Assembly: GCA_964225475.1 (NCBI GenBank)
Contig: CAXQOB010000012.1
Coordinates: 18,521 to 82,520 of the forward strand
DNA: 64,000 nucleotides
Source: Nitrosopumilus sp.
GTDB lineage: Bacteria > Planctomycetota > Planctomycetia > Pirellulales > Pirellulaceae
Direction: 5' to 3'
Both the position numbers and the translations under genes were made by a program. This document shows positions 9,253-18,909 of the stretch, piece by piece (positions within the stretch are counted from its first letter, which is position 1; every line of letters starts with the position of its first letter). The notes beneath the pieces are model-generated. The model did not search any database. It was given only the letters and a program-made list of their open reading frames with translations, and had not been told where the DNA came from.

Positions 9253-10173
9253 GTGAGAAACTTTTCAATCATTTTCGCGTTGTCATTTTTCCTTGCCTTA
9301 TCGGCGATATTCTCAGTTGAAGCTGCAGCTGCTGATGATGGTGGGGAAAAAAAAGCCAAGGTGGTGTTTATTTCTGGCAAGCCAAGTCACGGTCCCATGG
9401 CTCATGAGCACCGTGCGGGAAACATGATCTTGGCGGATGCTCTGAAGCGATCGGGTCTTGGGGTGGAAACCGCGTTAGTACCTCACCCTGGGTACCCGAA
9501 AGATACATCCATTTTTGACGGAGCATCGACGGTCGTTATTTTTTGCACCGGTCACCAAGGTCACGTGCTTAATCCAAACCTGGATGCATTTGACAAACTG
9601 ATGAAATCCGGTGTAGGGGTCGTTATGATTCACTGGGCGACCGAGGCGGAAAAGGGCAAGCCCGGAGAGAAGTTCCTCGAATGGATGGGTGGTTTCTGTG
9701 ATCTGGATTGGTCGGTGAATCCGCACTGGGCTCCAACTTTTGACTCACTACCCGAACATCCGATTACCAATGGTGTTAAACCATTCAGTGTCCATGATGA
9801 ATGGTATTATCACATGCGATTCGTCGAGGGAATGAAGGGTGTGACTCCTATCCTCTCGGATCTTCCTCCCGAGGAAACGCTTCGTCGCCCAGATGGAGCC
9901 CGTAGTGGTAATCCAGCGGTCCGAAAAGCTGTCGCCCAGGGGCAATCTCAGGTTGTGGCGTGGGCTTATGAACGACCTGATCACGGGCGAGGTTTTGGAT
10001 TCACTGGCGCTCATAATCATGTGAGTTGGCAGGACGAAAACTTTCAGAGAGTCGTTCTAAACGCGATTCTTTGGACTTCGAACGTAGAGGTTCCAAAAGA
10101 GGGTTGTCCCACACCGCAGGTGAGTGACAGCAGAATCAAGGAGAATCTTGATGACAAGAGACCGCGTCGTTGA
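9253..10173 (+). CDS. ThuA-like (class I glutamine amidotransferase-like fold) exported protein
   Basis: GTG at 9253 followed by a signal peptide; KVVFISGKPSHGPMAHEHRAG; HPITNGVKPFSVHDEWYYHMRF; VVAWAYERPDHGRGFGFTGAH. The ORF-track start at 9109 overlaps the upstream gene and is unlikely. Confidence 0.85.
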   Translation: MRNFSIIFALSFFLALSAIFSVEAAAADDGGEKKAKVVFISGKPSHGPMAHEHRAGNMILADALKRSGLGVETALVPHPGYPKDTSIFDGASTVVIFCTGHQGHVLNPNLDAFDKLMKSGVGVVMIHWATEAEKGKPGEKFLEWMGGFCDLDWSVNPHWAPTFDSLPEHPITNGVKPFSVHDEWYYHMRFVEGMKGVTPILSDLPPEETLRRPDGARSGNPAVRKAVAQGQSQVVAWAYERPDHGRGFGFTGAHNHVSWQDENFQRVVLNAILWTSNVEVPKEGCPTPQVSDSRIKENLDDKRPRR

Positions 10174-10364
10174 TCTGCTCTCCGACGTTACGACCTCAAT
10201 AGAATCATTTAGCAGGTCAGTAATGACTTAAGGCGATCACGGATTGATGGTTTGTGCGCGCCTTTCGCCGATTGAGGCCGACTTCATGAAGTGGTTCGGA
10301 GGAACGCATCCGCTCCTCTCTGTTTTTATTTCGACGAATCGGACCGTATTCGGGAAACACGTTA

Positions 10365-11999
10365 ATGGCCGAAATTCAATCAAATCAACGTACTTCCTTA
10401 AGAGCTGTATGGATATCGAGCATGGGCCGAATGTTTACCCCGAAGCTTCTAATCGTAATCGCTTTCTTATGCTTCATCTCAGTCGATGCTGTTGAGGCTG
10501 AAGAGAGGCCTAATGTGATTTTCTTTTTGGTTGACGATTTGGGTTATCGCGACCTCGGCTGCTTTGGCAGCACTTTTTATGAGACACCAGCGATCGACCA
10601 GTTAGCCAAAGAGGGAATGCGTTTCGATAACGCGTATTCCACGTGTCACGTCTGTTCGCCCAGTCGCGCGAGTATCTTGACGGGTAAGTATCCAGCTCGA
10701 ACCAATTTGACGGAATGGCTGGGTGGGAGACCAGAGCGTCAATATGAAAAGCTACATCATGGTGAGAAGGTGACGTCACTGCCTTTGGGCGAGCAGACGT
10801 TGGCAGCCACATTGAAGTCACATGGTTATGCAACTGCGAATTATGGCAAAGCTCATCTGAATCGTGATCCCAAGACCTATGGATTCGATGAGGCCATCAC
10901 CGGGTGGGTGCGGTCTTACTATCATCCATTTTCTCCGGCGTACAGCCAGTCGTTAGCATCAGAACCTGGAGACTATTTTACGGACAAACTAACCGACGCG
11001 GCCTTGGATTTTATCGAGCGGAATCAAGATCGGCCGTTCTTTGTTCATATGGAGCACTTTTCTGTGCATGATCCGATTCAGGGTCGTAAGGATTTGGTTG
11101 AAAAGTATCGACGCAAGCTTGCAAGGTCGGCGGAGCAATCTGGGCCAAGTTTCATCCTCGAAGGAAATCCGGATGGCCCCACCTTAACGGAAAGCGAGAT
11201 GAAGGAGCTCTCAGATAATGATGAGCTTCGGACCCATCAGGAAGCTCGCGTTTGGTGGGTCAAGCAAAAGCAAGACAATGTAGAATTTGCTGCGATGGTG
11301 GAAGCGACTGACCAGAGTTTACATCGTATTCGCCAGAAGCTAACTGAATTGGGTTTGGAGAAAAAAACAATCATTATTTTCACCTCCGACAATGGTGGGA
11401 TGTCTGCCTCGAATCAGTATCGAGGGATTGATCATCCTCGCGAGGTACTGGATTCACGCTACGCCAGTTCAAATCTGCCTTTGCGTGGAGCAAAAGGTTG
11501 GAATTATGAGGGCGGAATACGAGTTCCGCTCATCGTGCATTGGCCAGGAGTTGTTGGGGGAAATACTGAATCTGATGCGATCGTCACAGGGACGGATTAT
11601 TATCCGACACTCTTGCAAATGCTTGACCTACCCATGTTGCCTGATCAACACTGTGACGGTCAAAGTTTCGTGCCAGCGCTCAAGCAGAAACGATATCAGC
11701 GGGGTCCGATTTATTGGCATTTTCCACATTACAGTAACCATGGGTATCAGAGTCCCGGTGGCGCAATTCGTGTAGGTCGATACAAGTTGCTCGATTACTA
11801 TGAGAATGGAACGGTGCAACTATTTGATTTGCTGAATGATGTAGGAGAGACGAATGACCTCTCGAAAACTCAGCCAGAGTTAGCCGCAAGGCTGTTGGGT
11901 CAACTGAATCGGTGGCGTACCGAGGTTGATGCCAAAATGCCCTACCCGAAGACCGAGACGTCGAAACCTGCACCGGGGGCACGTGTCCAGAAAAAGTAA
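10365..11999 (+). CDS. Sulfatase (S1, arylsulfatase-like)
   Basis: RPNVIFFLVDDLG; CSPSRASILTGKYP; GKAHL; SDNGG; PLRGAKGWNYEGGIRVP. Likely start is ATG at 10422 or 10431. Confidence 0.95.
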   Translation: MAEIQSNQRTSLRAVWISSMGRMFTPKLLIVIAFLCFISVDAVEAEERPNVIFFLVDDLGYRDLGCFGSTFYETPAIDQLAKEGMRFDNAYSTCHVCSPSRASILTGKYPARTNLTEWLGGRPERQYEKLHHGEKVTSLPLGEQTLAATLKSHGYATANYGKAHLNRDPKTYGFDEAITGWVRSYYHPFSPAYSQSLASEPGDYFTDKLTDAALDFIERNQDRPFFVHMEHFSVHDPIQGRKDLVEKYRRKLARSAEQSGPSFILEGNPDGPTLTESEMKELSDNDELRTHQEARVWWVKQKQDNVEFAAMVEATDQSLHRIRQKLTELGLEKKTIIIFTSDNGGMSASNQYRGIDHPREVLDSRYASSNLPLRGAKGWNYEGGIRVPLIVHWPGVVGGNTESDAIVTGTDYYPTLLQMLDLPMLPDQHCDGQSFVPALKQKRYQRGPIYWHFPHYSNHGYQSPGGAIRVGRYKLLDYYENGTVQLFDLLNDVGETNDLSKTQPELAARLLGQLNRWRTEVDAKMPYPKTETSKPAPGARVQKK

Positions 12000-12054
12000 T
12001 GTGCGTTAAGTGATTGCCATACTGGTTGGAATCGGATTTGATCGTTGAGTAACC

Positions 12055-14745
12055 ATGAAGGGTGAAGATATTTTTAGGCCTGTTTTTTTACTGAGCATGA
12101 CGTTTTTGTTACGGGTCATTGTGCTGCCCGGCCTGCCCGTTATCTCTGCGGAAACGCAGGAGCTCCAATCACCCAGCAGCGATTTGACCTTGGGCCAAGT
12201 TCGAGACATGGGGCGAGAACGGAGTCGATTTGTAGGTGGGGATGAATCGCGTTCGGACGCGATCGCTACGAATCAAAAGCCGACATCGAATCTAAAGAAG
12301 TATCAAAGTGACGTTCGGTCAATTCTTGTCGAAAGTTGTCAAGACTGTCATGGGCCCGATGATTCTCAGGGGCGACTTCGAATTGATCAGATCGATCCAG
12401 ATTTACTTCAAGGTAAAGATGTCGCTCAGTGGCAAGAGATTTATGCTGCGGTTAGTCACTATGAAATGCCACCACAGGATGATGATGAGCACGTATTAGA
12501 TGAGGTAAAGCGAGGGGTTTTGGTTGACTGGTTGAGTGGTGAGCTGGCAAAAGCGTCAGTGATACAACGCAACAACGGTGTCGCTTCCTCTTTTCGACGA
12601 CTTACGAATTACGAATACAATTATGCTCTTCAGGATCTGCTCGGTCTGAATCATTCGTTGGCCAAAGAGTTACCACCAGAAACAACATCCGAGGAAGGGT
12701 TCAAGAATACCTCCTCGATGTTGCAAATGTCTGCAATGCAGTTTGCGACCTATCGAAAGATTGGATTGGAAGCTTTGCAGCGAGCCGTTGTCGGTGAGGA
12801 TCGACCAGAAACTGTGCGTTACGTTGTGAATATGGAGCAGGAATGGCAAAAAGCATCTGCAGCGACCCCTGACAAAGTTGTTGCGGCTGATAATGAGGCT
12901 TTTCCGAATCAGTTACGGAGATCGCATCTCTGGAACACTGAAACCCAGAGTGCGATACAGTTTTCATCGGGATCATGGAAGCCAGTTCAAGGCGATTCGG
13001 ACCACGCGATCAAGGTTGATTCCGTCGCTATGCTGTCTCTCCCGCGATCCGGAGAGTTGAAAATGAATCTTGATCGATTCTTGCCAGATCTTGGCATCAT
13101 GCGTGTGAGTGTATTGGCCAGTCGGACAACGGATGATCCAAATGAACACGCTGCATTGAGATTCATTTTTAGTGCTCACACGAGCAATAACGCAAACTTT
13201 ACGAATGAAATTAGCGAGCGAGATCTTCCAGTTCATGGTTCCATGGAAAAGCCGCAGTGGATTCATTTCGACATTCCACTTCAAGACATTCAACGCAATC
13301 CGTTTCGAAAGTTGGAGACAACTTTTCCGCGACGTGATGAGTTTTTGCACATTCGCAACATTGCAAATACCAACGGCAAGGACAATTCATTTCGGGTAAT
13401 GATTCACGGTATTGAAATCACGGCACCGTTTTATGATCGTTGGCCACCCAAGACACACACGGATATCTTTTTTGCCAGTGATAACCGTAAAGATGAGCAA
13501 GCTTACGGCGTGGAGGTATTGCAGCGGTTCTTGCAAAGGGTTTGGCGGAGACCCGTTGGGTTGCAGGAAGTTGAACCGTTTATGCAATTGTTCAATGGGT
13601 ATCGCAAGGACTTTGGTCGATTTGAGGACGCGATGGTTGAGGTCCTTGCAACTGCTTTGGCAACACCAGAGTTCCTCTATTTGCGTCAACATGCGGAAGG
13701 TCACCGGGATGAGAATCAGTTGCAGACCGATCAATTTGATTTTGCCTCCAAGCTGGCTGCGTTTCTCTGGTCGAGTCAACCTGATTCTGAACTCCTTAAT
13801 GTTGCGGAGAAAGGCAAGTTAACGGATCCTCGGGTTTTGGATCAGCAAATCTCTCGCATGCTCACCGACGTTAAGTCGGAGCGACTTAGCCAGCACTTCG
13901 TTTCGCAGTGGCTAGGGCTTGAGGGACTGGATGCAACGGTTCACGTGAAGGATCAAGAATTACTGAAGGCGATGCGATCGGAACCAATCGCGCTGTTCAG
14001 TGAGGTCCTTCGGGAAAACCGTAGTGTCGTGGATTTTCTCCATGCGGATTATGTGATGGTGAATGAACGGCTAGCACGCCATTACGGAATTCGTGATGTC
14101 TATGGTCCTGAATTTCAAAAAGTGAATGTGCAGGATTCCCAAAATCGAGGTGGGGTTTTGACCAGTGCTGCGGTGTTGGCAATGAATTCGGATGGAAAGG
14201 AGTCTCATCCACTGAAACGCGGTGTATGGATGTTGGAACGTATTCTGCATGATCCACCACCACCACCACCACCCAATGTTCCTGAGGTTGATCTCACGGA
14301 TCCAAGAATCTTGCAAATGACATTGAAGGAGCGGCTTGCTGATCATCGAAATCAATCGGCTTGTAAGTCATGTCACGCACGCATTGATCCTTGGGGGATC
14401 GCTTTTGAGCAGTACGATGCATTGGGTGCCTTTCGAACGAAATTAGGGAATCAGCCGGTGGACGCAAAGTCGATGCTGTTTAACCGCCAGATTTTAGATG
14501 GGATGGACGGGTTGAAGCGTTATTTGCTATCTGAAAGGCAGGATCAGTTTGCCGGTGCTATGGTTCATAAAATGCTAAGCTACGCCCTGGGACGTCAATT
14601 GACCTTCGGGGATCATGTTGAAATTGAGCGGATCACCCGAGAATTCCGTGCGAGTGAGGATCGGCTAGGGGATCTTGTGCGTTTGATTGTCAGGAGTGAA
14701 TTGTTTGCGAAATTGGACAAAGGCGATTCAATTGGTTTGAAGTAA
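12055..14745 (+). CDS. DUF1587/DUF1595/DUF1592/DUF1588/DUF1585 multi-domain protein with two CxxCH motifs
   Basis: CQDCHG; EMPP; RRLTNYEYNYALQDLLG; FLQRVWRRP; PEFLY; LAAFLWSSQPD; FVSQWL; RGGVLT; SHPLKRGVWMLERIL.DPPPPPPPNVP; CKSCHARIDPWG; KMLSYALGR. Confidence 0.93.
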   Translation: MKGEDIFRPVFLLSMTFLLRVIVLPGLPVISAETQELQSPSSDLTLGQVRDMGRERSRFVGGDESRSDAIATNQKPTSNLKKYQSDVRSILVESCQDCHGPDDSQGRLRIDQIDPDLLQGKDVAQWQEIYAAVSHYEMPPQDDDEHVLDEVKRGVLVDWLSGELAKASVIQRNNGVASSFRRLTNYEYNYALQDLLGLNHSLAKELPPETTSEEGFKNTSSMLQMSAMQFATYRKIGLEALQRAVVGEDRPETVRYVVNMEQEWQKASAATPDKVVAADNEAFPNQLRRSHLWNTETQSAIQFSSGSWKPVQGDSDHAIKVDSVAMLSLPRSGELKMNLDRFLPDLGIMRVSVLASRTTDDPNEHAALRFIFSAHTSNNANFTNEISERDLPVHGSMEKPQWIHFDIPLQDIQRNPFRKLETTFPRRDEFLHIRNIANTNGKDNSFRVMIHGIEITAPFYDRWPPKTHTDIFFASDNRKDEQAYGVEVLQRFLQRVWRRPVGLQEVEPFMQLFNGYRKDFGRFEDAMVEVLATALATPEFLYLRQHAEGHRDENQLQTDQFDFASKLAAFLWSSQPDSELLNVAEKGKLTDPRVLDQQISRMLTDVKSERLSQHFVSQWLGLEGLDATVHVKDQELLKAMRSEPIALFSEVLRENRSVVDFLHADYVMVNERLARHYGIRDVYGPEFQKVNVQDSQNRGGVLTSAAVLAMNSDGKESHPLKRGVWMLERILHDPPPPPPPNVPEVDLTDPRILQMTLKERLADHRNQSACKSCHARIDPWGIAFEQYDALGAFRTKLGNQPVDAKSMLFNRQILDGMDGLKRYLLSERQDQFAGAMVHKMLSYALGRQLTFGDHVEIERITREFRASEDRLGDLVRLIVRSELFAKLDKGDSIGLK

Positions 14746-14826
14746 ACTAGAGATGGAACCGTGTAAGCCACAAAGCTGGCTGCGGGTAACGATTTGGGTT
14801 TCGTCGAGAATCAGCTCGGTGCGAAT

Positions 14827-16242
14827 ATGCTGGAGGAGCAAGAGGTGTCACAAAAGAAAGCCAACTTGAATCGACGTCATTTCCTGCAGGGAACGGGCGT
14901 GGCACTGAGTCTTCCTTGGTTTGAGGCATTAGCGACAGAGCCTGACGCAATCAAACAGACGCCAAGACGTTTTCTGAGCGTCTATCATCCCGATGGTGTC
15001 GGCTTGCCTTTAAAATCAGATCCAGCATGGAATGATTGGAGTTGGTTTCCAAGAGGTGGTGAGCAGGATTTTGAATTAACAAAAGTCCTCGATGTGCTCG
15101 AACCGCTTCGAGGCGAAATAACAATCTACTCCGGCCTTTCTCATCCGGCCGCGAGGCGAGTTCATGGCCACTCCAACGCGGATCAATATCTCACAGGTGC
15201 AGACGTCGGAGGCCACGGTCCTTACAAGAATTCAGTTTCGTTGGATCAGGTCATTGCTGAATATGCTGGTGAATCAACACGGCATGCTTCTCTGGTCATG
15301 TCCACCAATGGCGGTGTTGGCGGTCCACGTGGGGCCCAGACTCAGTCATTCAATCGTGAAGGGCGTCCTATCCCAGCGATGAATCGTCCGAAGCAGATCT
15401 TCGATATGCTCTTTGTGACAAGTGGTAAACAAGCGGCTGAGAAGCTATCACGCAGCAAAAGCGCACTTGATCTTTTAATTGAGAACTCGAAGTCATTCAG
15501 CCGTAAGCTTTCCAGTGCTGATCGTGCAACCTTGCAGCAGTATCTCGATTCCGTTCGAGATACGGAAGTCAAGCTGGTCAAAGCTCAGAAATGGCTCGAC
15601 ACTCCGGTCCCAACGGTGGACACAAGCCGACTAGTGCTTGATGCAGAACCTAAAGAGGCACGACTCTATTTCCAGACAATGTATGAGTTGATCTACCTTG
15701 CCTTCATGAGTGATTCAACTCGAGTCGCAACCTTCCAGTTGGGTCGAGAGAATGGTGAGGGTCCGCACGATCTGCTATCCATGGCGGTTGGGCTCGGCGG
15801 TGCACATGGTCTCACTCATTCAGTCAAAAAGCCTGACGGTTGGAAGAATCTCGGTACCTACAATCGCTACCAAGCTGAGGAATTCGGATGCTTTGTTCAG
15901 CGGCTAAAAGATACGCAAGAGCCGAATGGAAATGGTACCTTGCTGGATAACACTTTTGCGATGCATGGCTCCGCGTCAAGCAGTTTCCATCTTTCACGGA
16001 ACTATCCCATTATCTCTGCCGGTGGTAAGAATCTTGGTTTCCAAAATGGACGTTATCTGAAATTTGGTCGCGGTAATGAAGATAATCAGGCGGGAGCGGG
16101 GATCGATACCGATGCTGGCTGGAGAGGTGAGATACAGGCTGAAGAACTTCCTTTGGCTCACCTTTTTGTCACCATCTTGCAAAGGATGGGTGTTGAGGCG
16201 AATTCATTCGCCGGATACACGGGCACGTTAGACCGCGTGTAA
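14827..16242 (+). CDS. DUF1552 (HXXSHH-type) Tat-exported protein, partner of the DUF1592 protein
   Basis: LNRRHFLQGTGVALSLPWFEAL; SVSLDQVIAE; DRATLQQYLDSVRDTE; FMSDSTRVATF; GTLLDNT; H..RNYPII.AGG; LAHLFVTILQRMGV. The ORF track starts at 14794. Confidence 0.92.
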   Translation: MLEEQEVSQKKANLNRRHFLQGTGVALSLPWFEALATEPDAIKQTPRRFLSVYHPDGVGLPLKSDPAWNDWSWFPRGGEQDFELTKVLDVLEPLRGEITIYSGLSHPAARRVHGHSNADQYLTGADVGGHGPYKNSVSLDQVIAEYAGESTRHASLVMSTNGGVGGPRGAQTQSFNREGRPIPAMNRPKQIFDMLFVTSGKQAAEKLSRSKSALDLLIENSKSFSRKLSSADRATLQQYLDSVRDTEVKLVKAQKWLDTPVPTVDTSRLVLDAEPKEARLYFQTMYELIYLAFMSDSTRVATFQLGRENGEGPHDLLSMAVGLGGAHGLTHSVKKPDGWKNLGTYNRYQAEEFGCFVQRLKDTQEPNGNGTLLDNTFAMHGSASSSFHLSRNYPIISAGGKNLGFQNGRYLKFGRGNEDNQAGAGIDTDAGWRGEIQAEELPLAHLFVTILQRMGVEANSFAGYTGTLDRV

Positions 16243-16320
16243 TGACTGGTTTTCTTGATGAGTGACTGAGCGAGTGAAAACCTTGCATTCAGGGGTCATG
16301 CAGCACGGATCACGTTTGGT

Positions 16321-17907
16321 TTATTTCGCTGGTTGCACTGGATGTCGTCGTACGACCACATCATTGTGCTGATTGGGTCCGGGTGTGCTACGACCTCTAC
16401 GGATCAGTGTCTCCAATAGCTGTTGCAACTCTTCAACAACCGCAGGATATGTGGAAGCTAGGTTTTGCGTTTCACCAATGTCATTTTCAAGGTTATACAG
16501 CTGATGCGGTTGACTCTGATCGCCACCCTTGCCCCAGCCTCCTGACGATGGCACTGGAATGTACTTCCACTGATTCTTGCGAATACTCGGGATGCCACGA
16601 ATCGAGCAGCTGACAGAGTTTTCGCGAACAGGTGAATTCGAGCCCTTTAGTAACGGAAGGAAGCTCACGCTGTCCTCCCCTGCGTTATCGGGGAGAGGGG
16701 CTTGCATGACTTCGGACAGCGTGGCCAAAAGATCTGATTGATGAACCAACTGATTGCAAATAGATCCTGGTTTTGTGACGCCATCCCACCTGACGATAAA
16801 CGGAACGCGGTGCCCACCTTCCCACGCATCTGCCTTATATCCTCGAAGGTCGCCGCTCGGGAAATGCCCTTTCTTTTCTAATTGATCGACTCCGATGTAA
16901 GGAGCGCATCCATTATCACTTGTGAAGATGATCAATGTCTTCTTATCAATTTTATTCTGTTCTAAAGCAGCCAGAACCTTTCCCACAATCGAATCTGTTT
17001 CCATGACAAAATCGGCATACAGATTGAGATTACTTTTCCCCTTCCATTCGTCGTTAACAGAAAGAGGGGTATGTGGAGAGGTCAGCGGTAGGTAAAGCAG
17101 GAAGGGGGATGCTGATTTCGCTTGTCGGTTGATGAAATCACAGGCGCGGTCACCCAACGCAGGAAGAATCGGTTCGAGTGTCCAGCCCGGTAACGCGGGT
17201 CCTTGTTGGCTCGCTTGATTTTTAATGAAGAGATTGGGAGCGGCAAATTCGCTGGGGATTCCAACCGTGCGGTCATTTTCAATGAAGCAATACGGGGGCC
17301 AGTTAGGAACATCGGTGCCAAAGTATTCGTCAAATCCGACAGCAGTCGGTCCGCCGCTGATCGGCTTTGAAAACGCTTGTTTCCATGCCGCTCGGTGTTG
17401 GTCAGTTGCCTCCAGGTCTTTCTTGCCGTTGTAGCCTGTGGTCTTGAAGAATTGTTTTTGCGTTTCCGCGATTGGCCAGTTCCATCCTAAGTGCCATTTT
17501 CCAATACATGCAGTGGCGTAACCCTGTTTTTTTGCAAGAGATGCGATGGTGACGCGATCCGGTTTGATCAGGGGGCTTCCCCAGAGACCAACAATTCCAC
17601 TTTGCAAGCGGGTTCGCCAGTGATAGCGCCCTGTAAGAATCGTATACCGGGAGGGCGAACAAACCCCCGATGACGAATGGCCATCTGTAAATCGCATGCC
17701 CTGTGTTGCGAGTCGATCAATGTGTGGGGTTGCGATCCGACCACGGTCCTGGTTGTAGGATTGAACATCGCCGTATCCAAGGTCGTCTGCATAGAGGATG
17801 ACAACATTCGGCGCTGTTTCATAAGCCCGAAGGATACTGGTTGAAATGCAGGCGTGAACCAGAAATACGAGGGTGAATCTGTAGGTAATCGCGACCGTGA
17901 TGTTCAT
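16321..17907 (-). CDS. Arylsulfatase (S1)
   Basis: PNVVILYADDLGYGD; CSPSRYTILTGRY; GKWHLG; TSDNG; RGYKADAWEGGHRVP. The ORF track starts at 17925. Confidence 0.95.
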   Translation of the reverse strand: MNITVAITYRFTLVFLVHACISTSILRAYETAPNVVILYADDLGYGDVQSYNQDRGRIATPHIDRLATQGMRFTDGHSSSGVCSPSRYTILTGRYHWRTRLQSGIVGLWGSPLIKPDRVTIASLAKKQGYATACIGKWHLGWNWPIAETQKQFFKTTGYNGKKDLEATDQHRAAWKQAFSKPISGGPTAVGFDEYFGTDVPNWPPYCFIENDRTVGIPSEFAAPNLFIKNQASQQGPALPGWTLEPILPALGDRACDFINRQAKSASPFLLYLPLTSPHTPLSVNDEWKGKSNLNLYADFVMETDSIVGKVLAALEQNKIDKKTLIIFTSDNGCAPYIGVDQLEKKGHFPSGDLRGYKADAWEGGHRVPFIVRWDGVTKPGSICNQLVHQSDLLATLSEVMQAPLPDNAGEDSVSFLPLLKGSNSPVRENSVSCSIRGIPSIRKNQWKYIPVPSSGGWGKGGDQSQPHQLYNLENDIGETQNLASTYPAVVEELQQLLETLIRRGRSTPGPNQHNDVVVRRHPVQPAK

Positions 17908-18052
17908 GATGTGTTCAAGGACCACTTATTAGAATCCTATTAGTGGACAGATGCCGTCGGCTTTGCGCCAGATTGTATCGAAGATTTTGGCTTCACTCTG
18001 TTTCAAAAGCCATGATTGCGAACAAATACAGCGATTCGTCAGAATCCAATGT

Positions 18053-18808
18053 TTACCAAAGGCGCCAATCTTGAAACCAGATGATATAGATCCCAAGGAT
18101 TCCATTGGTGATTCCGTGGGCGATGACACAGTCCCAGAATCGCTTCGTACGCAACATCAATAACGTGATGAGAGCAAACCAGATTCCCGCAGCAATCCAC
18201 TCACTGGGATGAGTCAGGATTCCGTATGCTGCAGTGACTGCAATCGCCGACTTGCCGATTCTATCAATGGTCAATTCTGACCAATCCGGTGATGCGAGAT
18301 ATCGGATTAAAAAACCACGCAAGAACAGTTCCTCTGCAATGGGAACTGCCAAGATTAAAAGCGTGAATCTTATTGTCAAAAAAAGATAACGACTAGAATC
18401 CGATGGATACAACTCCCATGGATTAATCGCAGATCGCTTCCCAAGGAGTTCAGGGGATAGACCCAAAAATGACATGATCTGTGATTCAAGATTCAACCTG
18501 CAGAGCAGAATCCAGATTGCAGCGCCTAGAAATCCAATGGTGAATGAAATGGGTGTGATTTGGAAAGGAAATGTTGCTTTGACTCGTGAGAAACCCCAGC
18601 AAACGATTAATCCAATGATGGCGAGCCGTACGCATGCTACGGTGGTGACGACGATAGGTGATTGATTTGCAACTAACTGAATTTCAACCCTTTCCCACAC
18701 GGCAACCACCAAGGAGGCCCCGAGCATGGAGGCGAACAAGGGCCCAACAAACACAAGCCAATAGTGCCATTGGGGCGCTGTCTCGACTGGATTTACCTTG
18801 CTGCTCAC
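18053..18808 (-). CDS. CPBP/Abi intramembrane glutamic endopeptidase (CAAX prenyl protease-related protein)
   Basis: Several TM helices; VPIAEELFLRGFL (EE..R motif); THP; HGITN motif. Confidence 0.88.
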   Translation of the reverse strand: MSSKVNPVETAPQWHYWLVFVGPLFASMLGASLVVAVWERVEIQLVANQSPIVVTTVACVRLAIIGLIVCWGFSRVKATFPFQITPISFTIGFLGAAIWILLCRLNLESQIMSFLGLSPELLGKRSAINPWELYPSDSSRYLFLTIRFTLLILAVPIAEELFLRGFLIRYLASPDWSELTIDRIGKSAIAVTAAYGILTHPSEWIAAGIWFALITLLMLRTKRFWDCVIAHGITNGILGIYIIWFQDWRLW

Positions 18809-18909
18809 GGATGATGTTGTTCGTGTTCAGGTTTCAGGAGGCGATATTTGTCTTGGTTGCCGTGTTGATTTTTACCCTCAGCAGATGTCGACTGCTGATT
18901 CCCATATCT

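Noticed and set aside
14254-14274. (CCA)6 repeat encoding poly-Pro
   Set aside because: PPPPPPNVP is a conserved feature of DUF1588-containing proteins, so it is not evidence of a contingency locus.
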